A DNA stretch of 64,000 nucleotides from Octopus sinensis (taxonomy: Eukaryota): NCBI RefSeq assembly GCF_006345805.1, contig NC_043006.1, positions 80,972,001 to 81,036,000 of the forward strand, read 5' to 3'. The notes beneath the pieces were generated by a model. It had not been told where the DNA came from. It ran no database searches and saw nothing but the letters and a program-made list of their open reading frames with translations. The translations under genes and the position numbers were made by a program. Each line of letters begins with the position of its first letter. The stretch's first letter is position 1. Of this stretch, positions 25,100 through 37,938 are shown one piece after another.

Positions 25100-26400
25100 T
25101 GTTTCAATCTAGGCGCTTTTCCAGCCAGCCGTCGGCACTGGTCGCTGTTCTCTGTCGTGCATTGCAGGTTCCCAGTGTTGTGACCTGCTCAGTCTTTGGT
25201 ATTGTCAGGCCAGTAGATCCCTCTTTCACCATCCCCTTGTGCCCTGAAGAATGGCTTTGGACAAAGAGCTGTAGCACTTTAACTGACCGCACTGTGGCAG
25301 TTTTCGACCATTTACGTACGCGAGGCATGATTCCTGTCTGTAGCTTATTTACTTATTTGCAACCTAACAGAGCTGTTCGTTTGTGCTCTATGTACGGACT
25401 GTATAGCCTGATGTACTTGTGCTCAAATCCTTGGATTCTTCTCTCCATGCTAGCTGTAAGAGTTCAACTCTCACAGCCATAGGGTACGATCGAAGTCATC
25501 AGAGACTCTCGTTGAAAATGTAATGGAATTGTTTTTCATTTGGTGTTCAACATCGTCATGGCATCAGATAGTAAACTCATATTTTAGAAGCTCTGAAGAG
25601 ATACTGCTACTCCTGGAGATTTTCCATCATAGCCTGTTCGACATTCTCATGAGAATATGTGTACTTCCAAGTGTACTGTTGTTATTGGGATTTTCTATAA
25701 TGTTGCTGTCATTTTTGAGTTTGTGATTGTAAAAATCTTTGCAGTTCCCAGATGACATCTTTTGATGACATCATTACATCCGTGAGAAGCAGGTCTGTTT
25801 TATCCTCAATGATAATGGTGGTGTGTTTCTTTGCTTTTGTAAGGATTTTGAAGGTTTCATAAGCAACCTTGCTGTTTCCTTTCTTTATCCCAGCTTGGGT
25901 GGTTTTGCACCGGTTTGCTATTCATTCCCCTTTGGCTTCCTACCTTTTCTTTCTTACCTTCCGATTCGCAGCGTTCTATTCCTGACTCGTTAGCCTGATC
26001 TTCATCTGGTCCCATCTCAAATAACATAGGTCCATCTTGTGCATCAGTATCCCATAATTTCTTTTTTCTTCTCCCTATTTTCAAGCCATTTTAACGTATG
26101 ATATATGTATGTTTTCCTTATTAGTTTTATTCAAGTTCTTGAGAGAGTTCAAGCCGGTCGCCTGCAAAGCGACATAAAGTTTTAAGTTTAGAGAGTTCCC
26201 AGTGTTCGCAAATATGTGGTTGAGTGGCTGTGTTAGTTGAACTTTTGATGCATAGACCCAAGAATCTCAGATGGAGAATTTTTGAAATGTCTTACAAATC
26301 TTCACTGAAATACTAAAGGATTGGATTTAGAGAATCCGCGACTGCTTCTTTTGCTCTTCATCCGTGAAATCGAGAATTTCTTGGTTTCTGTGCAAATTTA
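25100..26400 (-). mobile_element. RTE-clade LINE ORF2 relic with RT catalytic core deleted
   Basis: Reverse translation (frameshifted) gives GRRKKKLWDT, GNSKVAYETFKILT, IIEDKT.LLLTD, KDFYN, KSPGV..ISSELLK, then SIVPYGCES*TLTASMERRIQGFEHKYIRL and SKAILQG. Confidence 0.85.
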
Positions 26401-27847
26401 CTGCTACATAACTTAATAAACCTATGATGATAGTACAAATGAGAATTTAGAGTCATTGTACAAGAGCTGAAGGTTCTGCATTAATTCGCCATAACTGTTT
26501 TCTTTTTCCTGGGCTTTTGATTGTATATTCATATCCGCTGGGTAGCTGACCTCTAGAACTGTGCATGACATTATGTATGTATGTATGTATGTATGTATGT
26601 ATGTATGTATGTATGTATGTATGTATGTATATATGTATGTATGTGTGTATGTGTGTATGTATGTATGTGTGTATGTATGTATGTGTGTATGGATGGATGC
26701 ATAATACACAGACAGACACATAAAGTTATATACTTATTATCTATACACGCAAATGTGAACATACGTGGATTATCTTTTCTATTATCCTCTCTGCGTGAAT
26801 GTGTGTAGGTTTGTTTGAGTGTGTAAGTGTATGTGTGTGCGTGCGTATGTATGTGCGCGTGTGTATGTGTATTTGTATTCATGTAATGAAAACATTTTCA
26901 GTCTCTATGCAAGTCACAAAATGGCTTAAAATTCTAATCCATATTTCAGCTGTAATATGTTGTATTCGGAACATCAAAGGAGAGAGTTTAATTAGAATGG
27001 ACGTAATTACAATTATCCTAATGGTCTAGCGAAAGGGAGAATAGCGGCAGCTATCTAAGAAGTTTAGCTAATCATTAAAAAAAAATCCTCCCCCGCAAAA
27101 AAACGAGAAACTAATAATTTAATATGAGGGGAATGACTGATTATGTTTATTATACGACTTAGTATAATGGATACTCATCGGTGTACGACGATCAGTTTTC
27201 AGTTTCTGGATGAATTTGTTAAATCAAGTTATAAGTGGTTAAGTATCTAAGAGGCCCCTATTCTTTTAGGCTAATTTCTGAGCCGAAAACCTTACACTTT
27301 TTGTGATAAATCTTGGTGGTGCTAGGAATTAGAAGCACAATCCATCCGATGGATTTCCACGCAGTACCCTTGCACTCGATTTCCTTCGAATACCATGGGT
27401 AGACCCAAGGGATAGTAAAGACTCTTGCTTAAATTTCCATTCCGTGCGATCGAAACTGGCACATCAGGATAACCTCTGTCCCCGAGCTATTTAGATAGAT
27501 TATAAAAGACAAATGAATGGATTTGGCGGATTTCGGGAAACAAACTGTGTAGACAGTTTTTCGTATTCTCGTTCCCATCACTGTGTTAGACTGTGATCAT
27601 GATCAAGATAGATTTAAATGGATAGTTATATGGTAGTACTGTCGGGTGTATATAAGGCGTCGAGCTGGCAGAATCGTTATCACGTCCGGCAAAATGATTA
27701 ACGACATTTCGTCCGTCCTCACGTTCTGAGTTCATATTCTACTAAGGTCGACTTTGTCTTTCGGGATCGATAAATCAAGAACCCGCTACAAAAAAGTGCT
27801 AGTCTAGTGCAAAAGTTTGAAGCCAATATTCATTCTTCCACGTAAGG

Positions 27848-28310
27848 TAGCAAGTTGGAAGGATCGTTAGCGCGCAGGACAAAAAGTTTAGCGGTATTTC
27901 GTCCTTTTAAGGCGGCGAGCTTTCAGAAACGTTAGCACGCCGGGCGAAATGCGTAGCCGTATTTCGTCTGCCGTTACGTTCTGAGTTCAAATTCCGCCGA
28001 GGTCGTCTTTGCCTTTCATCCTTCCGGGGTCGATTAAATAAGTACCAGTTACGCACTGGGGTCGATTTAATCGACTTAATCCGTTTGTCTCTCCTTGTTT
28101 GTCCTCTCTGTGTTTAGCCTCTTGTGGGTAGTAAAGAAATAGGTATTTCGTCCTTCTTTACGTTCTAAATTCAAATCCTTCCGAAATCAACTTTGCCTTT
28201 CATCATTTTGGGATCGATAAAATAAGTATCAGTTCAGCATTGGGGTCGAGGTAATTTACTTACTCCCTCTTCCGAAATAAATGGCTTTGTACCTAAATAT
28301 GAAATCAATA
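27848..28310 (+). mobile_element. Young S1a SINE (27909-28141) nested in older S1b SINE with 14-bp TSD
   Basis: ggtatttcgtcctt at 27893-27906 and 28142-28155; old head upstream, old body downstream. Confidence 0.85.
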
Positions 28311-28399
28311 TTACTTATACAATAATTACAACGTTCCTTATGAAAGATAAATATTTTGTGGCCATTTGAAATAAATTCTTTTCGTTTACATTTCAGAGC

Positions 28400-29115
28400 C
28401 ATATCTAATAAAACAACTTTCCATCATTTGGAACTTGAACTGCTGGTCATAGACATTTTAGTAAGGTGGGGCAATGTCCGCCGAATATGGTGGGTAGGGC
28501 AAAAAAGTTTCATACGTCAGAACTGACAGCAAAGAGGAGCACACATTCTCTGCGTGCGATTAGACTCGGGAAATTTGTGAGAAACTCATTCACCCAATTT
28601 GCTGACTATTCCGATGGCATGCAGGTGTCGATGAATAGTTAAATGACCAAATTCAAGCTTATTTGCTAGTTCCTCTACACTTACGATGGGATTTTGTTCC
28701 CCCAGGGTTTGCAGGACGTTCTCGTCGAGCTCTGCAGATCTTCCAGGACGAGGCTCGTCTTTTAGGCTGTAGTTTTAGGCTTGGAATTTCTGGAAACACC
28801 GTTCACACTGGCTTACGTTAATTGTTCGATCCCCATATACGGCATTAATATTTCTAGCGCTTTCCATTGCGATGTTGCCTTTATTGAACTCATAAAGCAA
28901 AATATGCCGAATATGTTCCTTTATCATTTCTATTAAAACTTGGAAAAGATAACTGTTAAAATCGAACTGCACTCTTCAAAATTTGCCCTAAGAATAAGCA
29001 CAAGCTAAATTAGTACCTGCTTTTACTGTAAGTGGATGCAGGTAGCTTATCCCGCCCCCCTCCGACTTTTAGTTCATGCAATTGAAAAAGCCCCATTATT
29101 TATGGGATGACCAAA
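28400..29115 (-). mobile_element. Internally deleted mariner (D,D34D-type) relic
   Basis: Left TIR-like tatttggtcatcccataaataatg with TA at 29116. Translation: KEHIRHILLYEFNKG...RCFQKF, DEPRPGR, LGE*VSHK (WVPH), then YPPYSADIAP near 28470. Confidence 0.85.
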
Positions 29116-32100
29116 TATATACATCTATCATAAAAAGACGATATATCATGCAATAAAATATACATTAGGATACAGAGAGATTACAATAAAGCACTGGAGT
29201 AAACTATTTATAATTGTTTGTTTCTTTCGAGTTGAAAATTCAATTGAATATATTCGGTTCATCCTCGTTCTGATATCAGTGAAATAAGTTCTAAGCATGT
29301 GATTAGGCGATTCAGTTGACCCGAAGCACAGTTGGCATTTAGGGATAATTCTCAGTGTGCCAAAGTGAAAATATCCAATTATAGTGAAAGATTTGCAATA
29401 GAAGCCATTAGATGTCTTATATTTATGCCTGATAACATTGTTAGAAATTTTCCCTCAGTATTATGCACTCGTTTACGCGCACACATGCTTTATAACTACC
29501 ATTCAAAGGAAATCAATGTACGTGCATACTGTTTACTAGAAGAAATCGAATTTTTTAAATTGAATATTGTTACCCGCATGGATGCGTACAATATTTCCAC
29601 AGAGAATATTTGCACACAAGCGCATTTTTGTACAAAGTTTAAAATTAGAGGCGAGATCGATTATCAGACATGCTAATGCATTATTTACACTTCGCGTTTC
29701 TCTGAGAAATATTATTATCACAAAAGTACGTTTCGCTTTAAAGCTTATTTTCATTCCACGTTGTATCGCCACTATAAAGATTATCGAATACTTCTGGTGT
29801 CTAGAGCTAGTTTCAGATATTTTAAATCCTATTACATTATACTATCACCACTAACACAATTCTCTCTTTCATACAATATTAATACTATGGACACATACAG
29901 GTGCTACAAATACTAATCTAAATAGTCACTTAATAAAATTCCTCTCTAGAACCAGATTCTGTACATTTTCGCCACAATTTAGGTAAATCGCTATTAGAAA
30001 AGCGGAAATTATTAAATTAGCCTCAGCAACAATCCAAAATTGTAAAATATATCATGTTTTTCTCAAACTTTTTGAAGTACTTTTCTTGTATTTCCTCGTT
30101 TCCCCTGACAGAGTAGCCCTGTTTTATGAGTCTTAACGATGACCAGATAGAACACAATGTGCTGTAAAATCTTGCTTGAACACCGCACTTCTCTTGTATA
30201 AAACTTGAAGTAGATCACGTATAACTGCTATATTAAGTGATATTTATTCTTCATTGGAGTGAATATCTTTTGATCTTAGTAACAAGCAAACAATACACTG
30301 AATATAAACTTTCAATATTTTGCAAAATGGAGAAGTAAATAACGAATTCGTCGAGTACATTTTAGACTGTTAGTACGAATATATACCTTTTATGGATTTA
30401 CATTATTCTAGTGTTAATTCTAAATGCCACATAGCTTTAAGGAATACTGCTAATATTGTTGGGGAACACTGGGATTTCTAGTCCAAATATTATAATACTT
30501 TTAAATGATTTACATTACGGAATAAAATTGGAGAAGACATTTTCGAGTTTTAATCTCTTTGTTCCAGTAACTGATGCCGATCGTTGTCTATAACCACGTT
30601 ACGATATACACATTTTTATTTCTTTCGTTTACATAGAGTCCCAATGGGGGAAAGGAACAGCTTACTAGTTTAAGAACGACAGCGTTGAATAAATTCCGAA
30701 TAAATTGGTTACGATATAATAAAGTGTTTGCATAATTTTAATTGGGTGGAGCAAATCAGGTCTGTTCTTTTGTCCTTGAAATATTTCATAGAGACACTGC
30801 GAAATGGTAGTTGTTACGACCAGAATCATAATGGATCTTAATCCAACTACGATGAAAGCTAGATTGATATCTCAAATCTGAATGCGTTTATACTTTCTAC
30901 TCACTGTAATTTTATACATTTAATATTTTGTTCGTGAAATTTCGGGCACAAATGCAGGCACAAATGTCAAATCACATCGTAGATATTTTAATTATATGGT
31001 TTATTCTCTAGGCATATTAGCGTAGTAACCTTACATTTTAATTAAACTCCTTATCAGAATATTAACTTGGATGAATAAGAATAGCAGCTGCAGCAATATT
31101 ATTACCCGAACAGCGTCGGCATCCAGAGTAGTACCGATAGTAACAGCAGGAATAGTATCCTAATAATGTATTATGTAATATATAGGTTCATCTTCGGCAG
31201 TGCAATGTAATTCTGCCAACAGCAATACATATATTATGACGCCATTTAACTGAGTTCTCGGCAATTTGCTTTGTATACATTGTAGTTTGGAAATTTTACT
31301 GATGTACTTGATAAACGTAGGACAATGAAATGAGATTTGTTTTGTAATCGTAATTTTTCCGTATTGACAATTGGAATAAACAATTTGGTTAAACGTGGGC
31401 GTAATTATTATTGTGAATGAAACTAGTTAGTAGTTACATTAAATTGTTACCTGGCATTTAAATAGTATGAAGACTATTCTGATTGTATTTTTATTCCTAA
31501 ATTAATAATAATTGACAAGCTGATTGGAAATACGGCCAAACCAATTCAATTACTTAACGCATATCATTGCCAAATCGTTTAATATTAATGCAGTTAAGCT
31601 TGATTCATCAAGAGCACAGGATTCTGCCGATTCCTCATCCAATTATATTGATTTTTCTCTTATACAAACGAGGAATTTTTTTCGGAGCGTGTTACAGTAG
31701 ACTGTTTTTAAACCTTTTGTATTAATGATTTTTTGCTTAAACACAATGGTAGAAATTTACGAGAAAACTATAGTTGACTGTATCGGCCTCAGACTCGTAC
31801 ATGATTCTTTCGATGTCGGAAAGATGGTAGAAAATGCTAGCGAGAATTGCATTCTGAATGTAAAGAGTCTGAACAAAGTTTGCTTCCCCCCTGCTTAAGC
31901 AAGTCTACGAAACTATTGCCCCTATCCTCAGTATAACAATTGTTTATAACATAGACACAATGTCTGAAAATCGGGCTAGGAATATCTGTTGTCGATTCAA
32001 TTTAAAGAGCTTGGAAAGGTTTCATTAATTTTCTACTGAACTCGCATTTGAATAGTATAGTGAAATTATTTGGGGTTCTTTTGATTCATACCCTCTTCTC

Positions 32101-32958
32101 AAACTCTGATATATAACGACTCATTTTGAATAATATAGTAGTTACGTCATTTCATCAAATGTATTCGGTAAAAGCAATAAAGGTGTAGACACTAGTCAGA
32201 ATATATTCGTACATAAACATGATTTTTCTTTTCAGAATTAACACTGCTTTCACAAAACTGCATGGCAAAATTAACAGTTAGCGTCTTATAGTTTTTAACT
32301 TTCAAGTTTTCAATCGAATTTGTAAATGGTATTAGTTATTTGTTCATCGCTTGAAAAGCTAGATTAAGCATGCAAACAATACAAACTCACAAACAAATCA
32401 CAAGACGTCACATATTACTGACTAACAATAAGTTCAACGCCACTACATGAAGACAAAATAATGAAGGCCTAGAAACAACGATGCATTTACAAACTTCACA
32501 GTACCAAACAAACTGCACGTATTTCGAAGAAATATAGGAAAGCATTCTTGATAAAAACTTTTAAAAAACGTTGTGCATTAGATGCGATATCTGTATGGAT
32601 GTATGTATGTGTGTGAGTTTGCATAGGTGTCTGATTGTGTGTATATTCATGGTAAATGTAATGAATAAAAGCGAAAAATACAGCACAGAAGGGACAGATT
32701 GTAACAAATATTGTATTTGTTTAACACATTAAAAGAAGTGAGGAAGATAATCTTAGCGTTTCAGACGTGAGTCCTACATCAGAAGAAAATGACAAGAGGG
32801 GTGAGAAAATGAAAGGGGGTGAGAAAAACAGAAACAAGGAAGAGAGTTTAGAATGAGATTCTTGGGGGCAAGTTTAAACTGGAAGAGGGAGTGTGCTTGG
32901 AAATGTGTACGTATTGGAGTATATCCATGTTTTGGTGCTCAAAGGTGCTCACAGGAAG

Positions 32959-33007
<49 letters not shown>

Positions 33008-33679
33008 AAAGGATAGGCAGACATATAGAATTAAAGATAGATAGATTAACAGAGTGACAGACAGGAAACACATCTGAGTAACGCTAAGAAAGTCATGAAA
33101 CATTAATCGCTTGTTCGAATGGTGATTAAAAGCCATTTCACGAAACAGACGAAATATCGTGCAACGGAATAACACTGAAGTGGCGACTGTAATGAAAAAT
33201 ATATTTAGTCCGCAGAAAGAGAAGGGAAAATAAATTGAATTATATTAAATCAAAATTACTTTTCATGATATTAGCTCTAGAAGTTCACATGTGATTCTTA
33301 TGAAATTGAAATGGTGCTGGTGGTTCGTTTTATTCTGCTGGTTACTAAATAGTAAAGCAACAGGATAACGCCGTTACTAGGAAAAGTTAGGAACATAAAA
33401 GAGGATGATAAAATACTGTAACTGAATAAATTAAATTAAGTGAATGCTGGTTACTGGGTCGTCGTCGTCATTTTAGGAGTGGATGGTAGAAAGAGGAGCA
33501 ACAACCATGCTACTGGTAGAAGAGGTGGTATTGGTTGTATCATTTGACGGTAATTGCTCTTGCAGCACAATTGTTAGGAAAAATAGTTGTTGCAGGGATA
33601 TTCGCAGCAGCATCCGCATCACTTTTACTCACTTTCCTTTGTTCTCCCACACTTATTTTGAACTGCTGGACATTTGGTT

Positions 33680-34262
33680 GCGAAAGTTGTTTCGTTGTTT
33701 ATGCATTGTTGTCGTGTTATGCTATCGTTAAATTAACAAGAGTAAAATTGTAAAATCTGTTTGGTTCTTACCTGCAAGTTTGTGTGTCACACCGCGTTCT
33801 ATTTGTATGTATTCTTGCATTTTAATTTTTAATGTACGCAGAGGCATGTTAGTTTTCTTAAGGACATCACTGTTTCTTCCGTGTAGTTTTCTCCACATCC
33901 TGGGCATGCAATTTCAGAAATTAATAGGGCAAATTAGTACATTTCTTTATTGTGAAGACATATCTAAAACGGATCACCGAGCCTTTTGTCAGTTTTCAAT
34001 ACTTACTAAAGTTGAATCTTCCGCATTTCATGTACTGTTGGGTCAGTTGTTATTGTATGGAGCTCGTTCTTTCTCAGTATATTTTTCATTGATTTGGACG
34101 TCTAATTTTTATGACGGTGTGTTTGGATAACTCAGTTCAGCGTGGCATCCTTTTCAGTGAGTGTGGGTATTATTTAGAATAATAATTTGTAAACCTCATT
34201 CTTTTGAAGATTGCAGGTAGAAATACATGGTACAACAGACGGAAATTCCTTCCAAACATTGT
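33680..34262 (-). mobile_element. Penelope-like element relic (linker plus GIY-YIG endonuclease)
   Basis: Reverse translation (frameshifted): ISTCNLQKNEVY..IIPTL..., SMKNILRK...PTV, KCGR, IACPGCGENYTEET..SLRK (compare I.C..C...YIG.T...L..R), QEYIQI. Confidence 0.7.
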
Positions 34263-34265
34263 TAC

Positions 34266-34313
<48 letters not shown>

Positions 34314-34850
34314 CTCCAATTTCCAGTGTTCAGAGTTGCTAGCCTCGATCATCAGCTGGTTAAACGAGCTAGGTTTTCTTTTGAATATCCACTATATGAA
34401 TATATTTTTAAATATGAAATGAAAGTTTGAAGAAATCACTTATGCATATGTTCTTTCATTTAAAACCTTTTGTGAATGACACGTGCGAAAACGGTTGCTT
34501 CAAGCTCATACATGATTTCCTTTCTGGTTCTTACGGTAAAATTATTATATGCACCTGTGTCTGTATACTCCCACATAGACACATATTGATGCATGTATCA
34601 ATAAAGCCTATTAATTAAACATTTCGAAAACTGAAGTTTTAATCAGAACCAGAACAAAATTCAAGGAGGCTTGTTTTTGCATGAAAGACACTTAGCCGCG
34701 TGTATATAAGGCGTCAACAGCTGAGTTCTTTTGTTCAAACAATTGGTGCCTTGAGAAAAAAAAAGTCTCGTTTTTTGCTTTACACATTAAAACATTAAAA
34801 GTATAACTTGGTAATAATATCTTCGAATATTGCTTCAACAGCAACACCAG

Positions 34851-35190
34851 TGGAGGCGCAATGGCCCAGTGGTTAGGACAGCGGACTCGCGGTTTCGATT
34901 CCTAGACCGGGCGTTGTGTGTGTTTATTGAGCGAAAACACCTAAAGCTCCACGAGGCTCCGGCAGAGGGTGGTGGCGACCCCTGTTGTACTCTTTCGCCC
35001 CCAACTTTCTCTCACTCTTTCTTCCTGTTTCTTGTCCCCGACCTCCTACGCAACCGCTGAGCCTTGATGAGCATTCATCCATCCGTCGATGCTCTCGGTG
35101 TCGGACGTTGACCTGCTTTCTTTTCTGCGAGTCTTACGAATAGCAAAGGACCTCGTTTCAGACTTCTCCCAAGGGACGAAGACCGTTCGC
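34851..35190 (+). mobile_element. SINE S2 with tail C
   Basis: S2 head followed by a tail not seen in other S2 copies (cttgtccccgacctcctacgcaaccgctgag...). Flanks share agcaacacca (TSD-like). Confidence 0.85.
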
Positions 35191-35496
35191 TCAACAGCAA
35201 TAGCAACACCATTTCATGATGTTTAAAATATCACTACGAGAACCCAAAAATAAAATCAAAAAAAGATATGCGTTTCTTTAAGCCTTCTTTTCATATTTCA
35301 AAAAACATTCCGACAGTGGTTATTCAAACTAAAACCGGACTCCGTTTACGATCTGATGATCGTAAACGAGCAACTCTGAGTACCGGCAATTGATGTCCTT
35401 CAGATATAATATATTAAAGAATACTCTACATTTCTACATTCCTGTACTTTATTGCTTCTGGCGAAACAACAAAGATATATGTCTGTCTGTCTCTCC

Positions 35497-35528
<32 letters not shown>

Positions 35529-35699
35529 GTATATATGTATATGTATATATATATGCATGAGTGCGTGCGTATTTATTTTTGTACATATAACTATGTGCAT
35601 GTGTGTATCTATATATGTATATATACATATGTGTGTGTGTGTGTGAGTATATGTGTGTATGTGTGTGTGTATGCGTGTGTGTGTGTATGTGTAAATATA

Positions 35700-35915
35700 A
35701 AGCCATGCAGCAGGAGTCAAAGTTTTCAAGAAACAACTTGACCACCTGTTGTCCAAGGTCCAAGTTGAATCTACATAACGGCAAGACCTCAAGAGTAAGT
35801 AGCGATATTGAACTCTCATTTTCACCAAATGTCAATCGCAAAAGAATGGTCATTGAAAATGTCGTAACAAATGCGGTGTCTCAGCATCACCACAGCCTTT
35901 GGATTGAAACGCTTA
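35700..35915 (+). mobile_element. CR1-type LINE 3' end fragment
   Basis: VKVFKKQLDHLLSKV is homologous to the 55545-56100 element; 3' UTR gcggtgtctcagcatcaccacagc. Confidence 0.7.
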
Positions 35916-35961
35916 AAAGAATATCTATGTATCTTTCTATCTACTTATCTATCTATCTCTC

Positions 35962-36001
<40 letters not shown>

Positions 36002-36005
36002 CCCC

Positions 36006-36308
36006 GTGATCACCGTGACCGACCAGGCTATCAGATGTTGCTACACATCGCTGGTCACAATGCGCTTCGCACTGTTTTAGCCTTCAAATGACGCCACCCC
36101 ACTGGCTAAGCGAGCAGGCATACAGAAGAAAGAGTGAGGGAAATTTGTGGAGGAAGAGTAAAGCAGGGATCGCCACTGCCCCCTGCCGGAGCCTCGTGGA
36201 GCTTTAGTTGTCTTTGCTCAATAAACATTCACAACACCCGGTCTGGGAATCGAAACCAAGATCCTATAATCGCGAGTCTGCTGCCGTAACCACTGGGCCA
36301 TTGCGCCT

Positions 36309-36311
<3 letters not shown>
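36006..36311 (-). mobile_element. SINE S2, tail B
   Basis: Same head and tail as 3855-4133. Confidence 0.9.
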
Positions 36312-36354
<43 letters not shown>

Positions 36355-36633
36355 GTATATATAAACTTACATACCTACACGTACACAAACACACACAAAT
36401 ATATATATATTTGAGTATATGTCATCCTGTCTCTCCCTATGCAACTTGATAACTGGTCATTTGTTTCAGCCCGATAGAATGACTACTAGGCTTCACAAAA
36501 AAGAATATGTTTGGGATCGATTTGTTCAATCAAATTATTCGAGGCTGTATCGCAGCATAATGCAGTCTAAAAACTGAAATACATACAATAAAGAAGAAAC
36601 ATTTTTTCTACAACTCTCCATTATTTCGCTTAC

Positions 36634-36848
36634 AGCAAGAAAACAGGCTAATATTAATTACAACTGCGGCTAGTACGAGGTTGGGGCCGCCAGCGGCAGG
36701 CTTGCGCCAGGCCTGAGCCAGGCCTACGCCGGTCACCCGTTCCTCCGCCGCGCTACCGTGCCCGATATCGAAAGAACGAACCATCTTCCAGATGTTGATG
36801 GTGTAAAATGACACTTCATTGACAACCGTAGGTGGAAATAAAAACAAA
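36634..36848 (-). CDS. Candidate host-gene exon; probable first coding exon (ATG at 36784): MVRSFDIGHGSAAEERVTGVGLAQAWRKPAAGGPNLVLAAVVINISLFSC, signal-peptide/TM-like end, phase-1 donor
   Basis: Acceptor tattttcttcttcttag|, donor tgct|gtaagc, frame open throughout, aagATGg start context, and a sharp GC/CpG-rich island in AT-rich non-repeat DNA. The product is not recognised. Confidence 0.55.
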
Positions 36849-37938
36849 CTAAGAAGAAGAAAATATCATTACTTCAAACTATATTTTGATGTTTTTTTCC
36901 CCTCTTTTCTCTCTATGTTAGCAATTTTTGTAATTTCGAAAGTATTATATTCACACATTCTAAACATCTACGCCAGATAAATCCCACCTAAGTGCAATAT
37001 AGCAAAATAAAATGAACAGTGACAATAAATGCACAATTATTTTCCCTATAGAATTTATGATTACATACACACACACATATACACATATATATATATGGGC
37101 AGCACGAATCCCGTGTACCGAACTAATAATGTAGGACGAGCCTATGCACATCTTGTGCATGATTTTATTTGCACCAAACAAACATTTACACATAACAACA
37201 TATTATATGTATTAATGCATTTTTCAATGCTTAAAAAAAACTTCCTTGCTTAAAGCATATTTTTCGGTTGGCATAAATTTCTCACACATTTCTGTCGAGT
37301 TTATCTAATTATTTTTGTGTGTGTCTATGTATGTGGAAATGGTGTGGAGTACACTACATGCCAAGTTTGTTACAAAAATATTTAATTATACCCTAACTAG
37401 GTTCCGTCTGACGTTGCAATTCCATTTCTAATTCTCTAGATATTCGCTATTTTCCGATAATGTTAGTCAGCAAAAGACAGTTCCTTATTAAAAACAGCAG
37501 CAATATAACTAACAATTGTAGCTGAATAAACAATAGTTCACACAAGTTAATTGAACCATGTTTAAATTTATACATGATATGTTTTTTTTTTATTTTAAAG
37601 AAAAAATTAGGAAGATCAGTTATAGAAAGAAAATAACAACGAAATCAATAATGAAAATGATATGAAAAGAATAATAGTAGTGATAAAGAAAGCTTTCTAT
37701 TTAAATTTCTCATAAGTTCACCGACTTTTCAAAGTAAGCACTGCTTGCTTTGTAATTGTTTATCGGCCCCAGAACGATAAAGGCCAAGAAGACCTCGACG
37801 AAATTTGAACTCAAAACGTAACAAGTCAGAAGAAATACAGCTAACTATTTCGTCCGACGTGCTAACGAATCTACCATCTCACGGGCATAGATACTCTAGG
37901 CACAAAGCATGAAATTCGGTGGGAGGGACTCAATTACA

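Noticed and set aside
29332-29854. Overlapping 114-aa and 95-aa plus ORFs
   Set aside because: Non-ATG starts, no motifs, no splice support.
33483-33753. Hydrophobic, Cys-rich plus-strand ORFs resembling a membrane protein
   Set aside because: Partly antisense to the Penelope-like relic; no splice or homology support.
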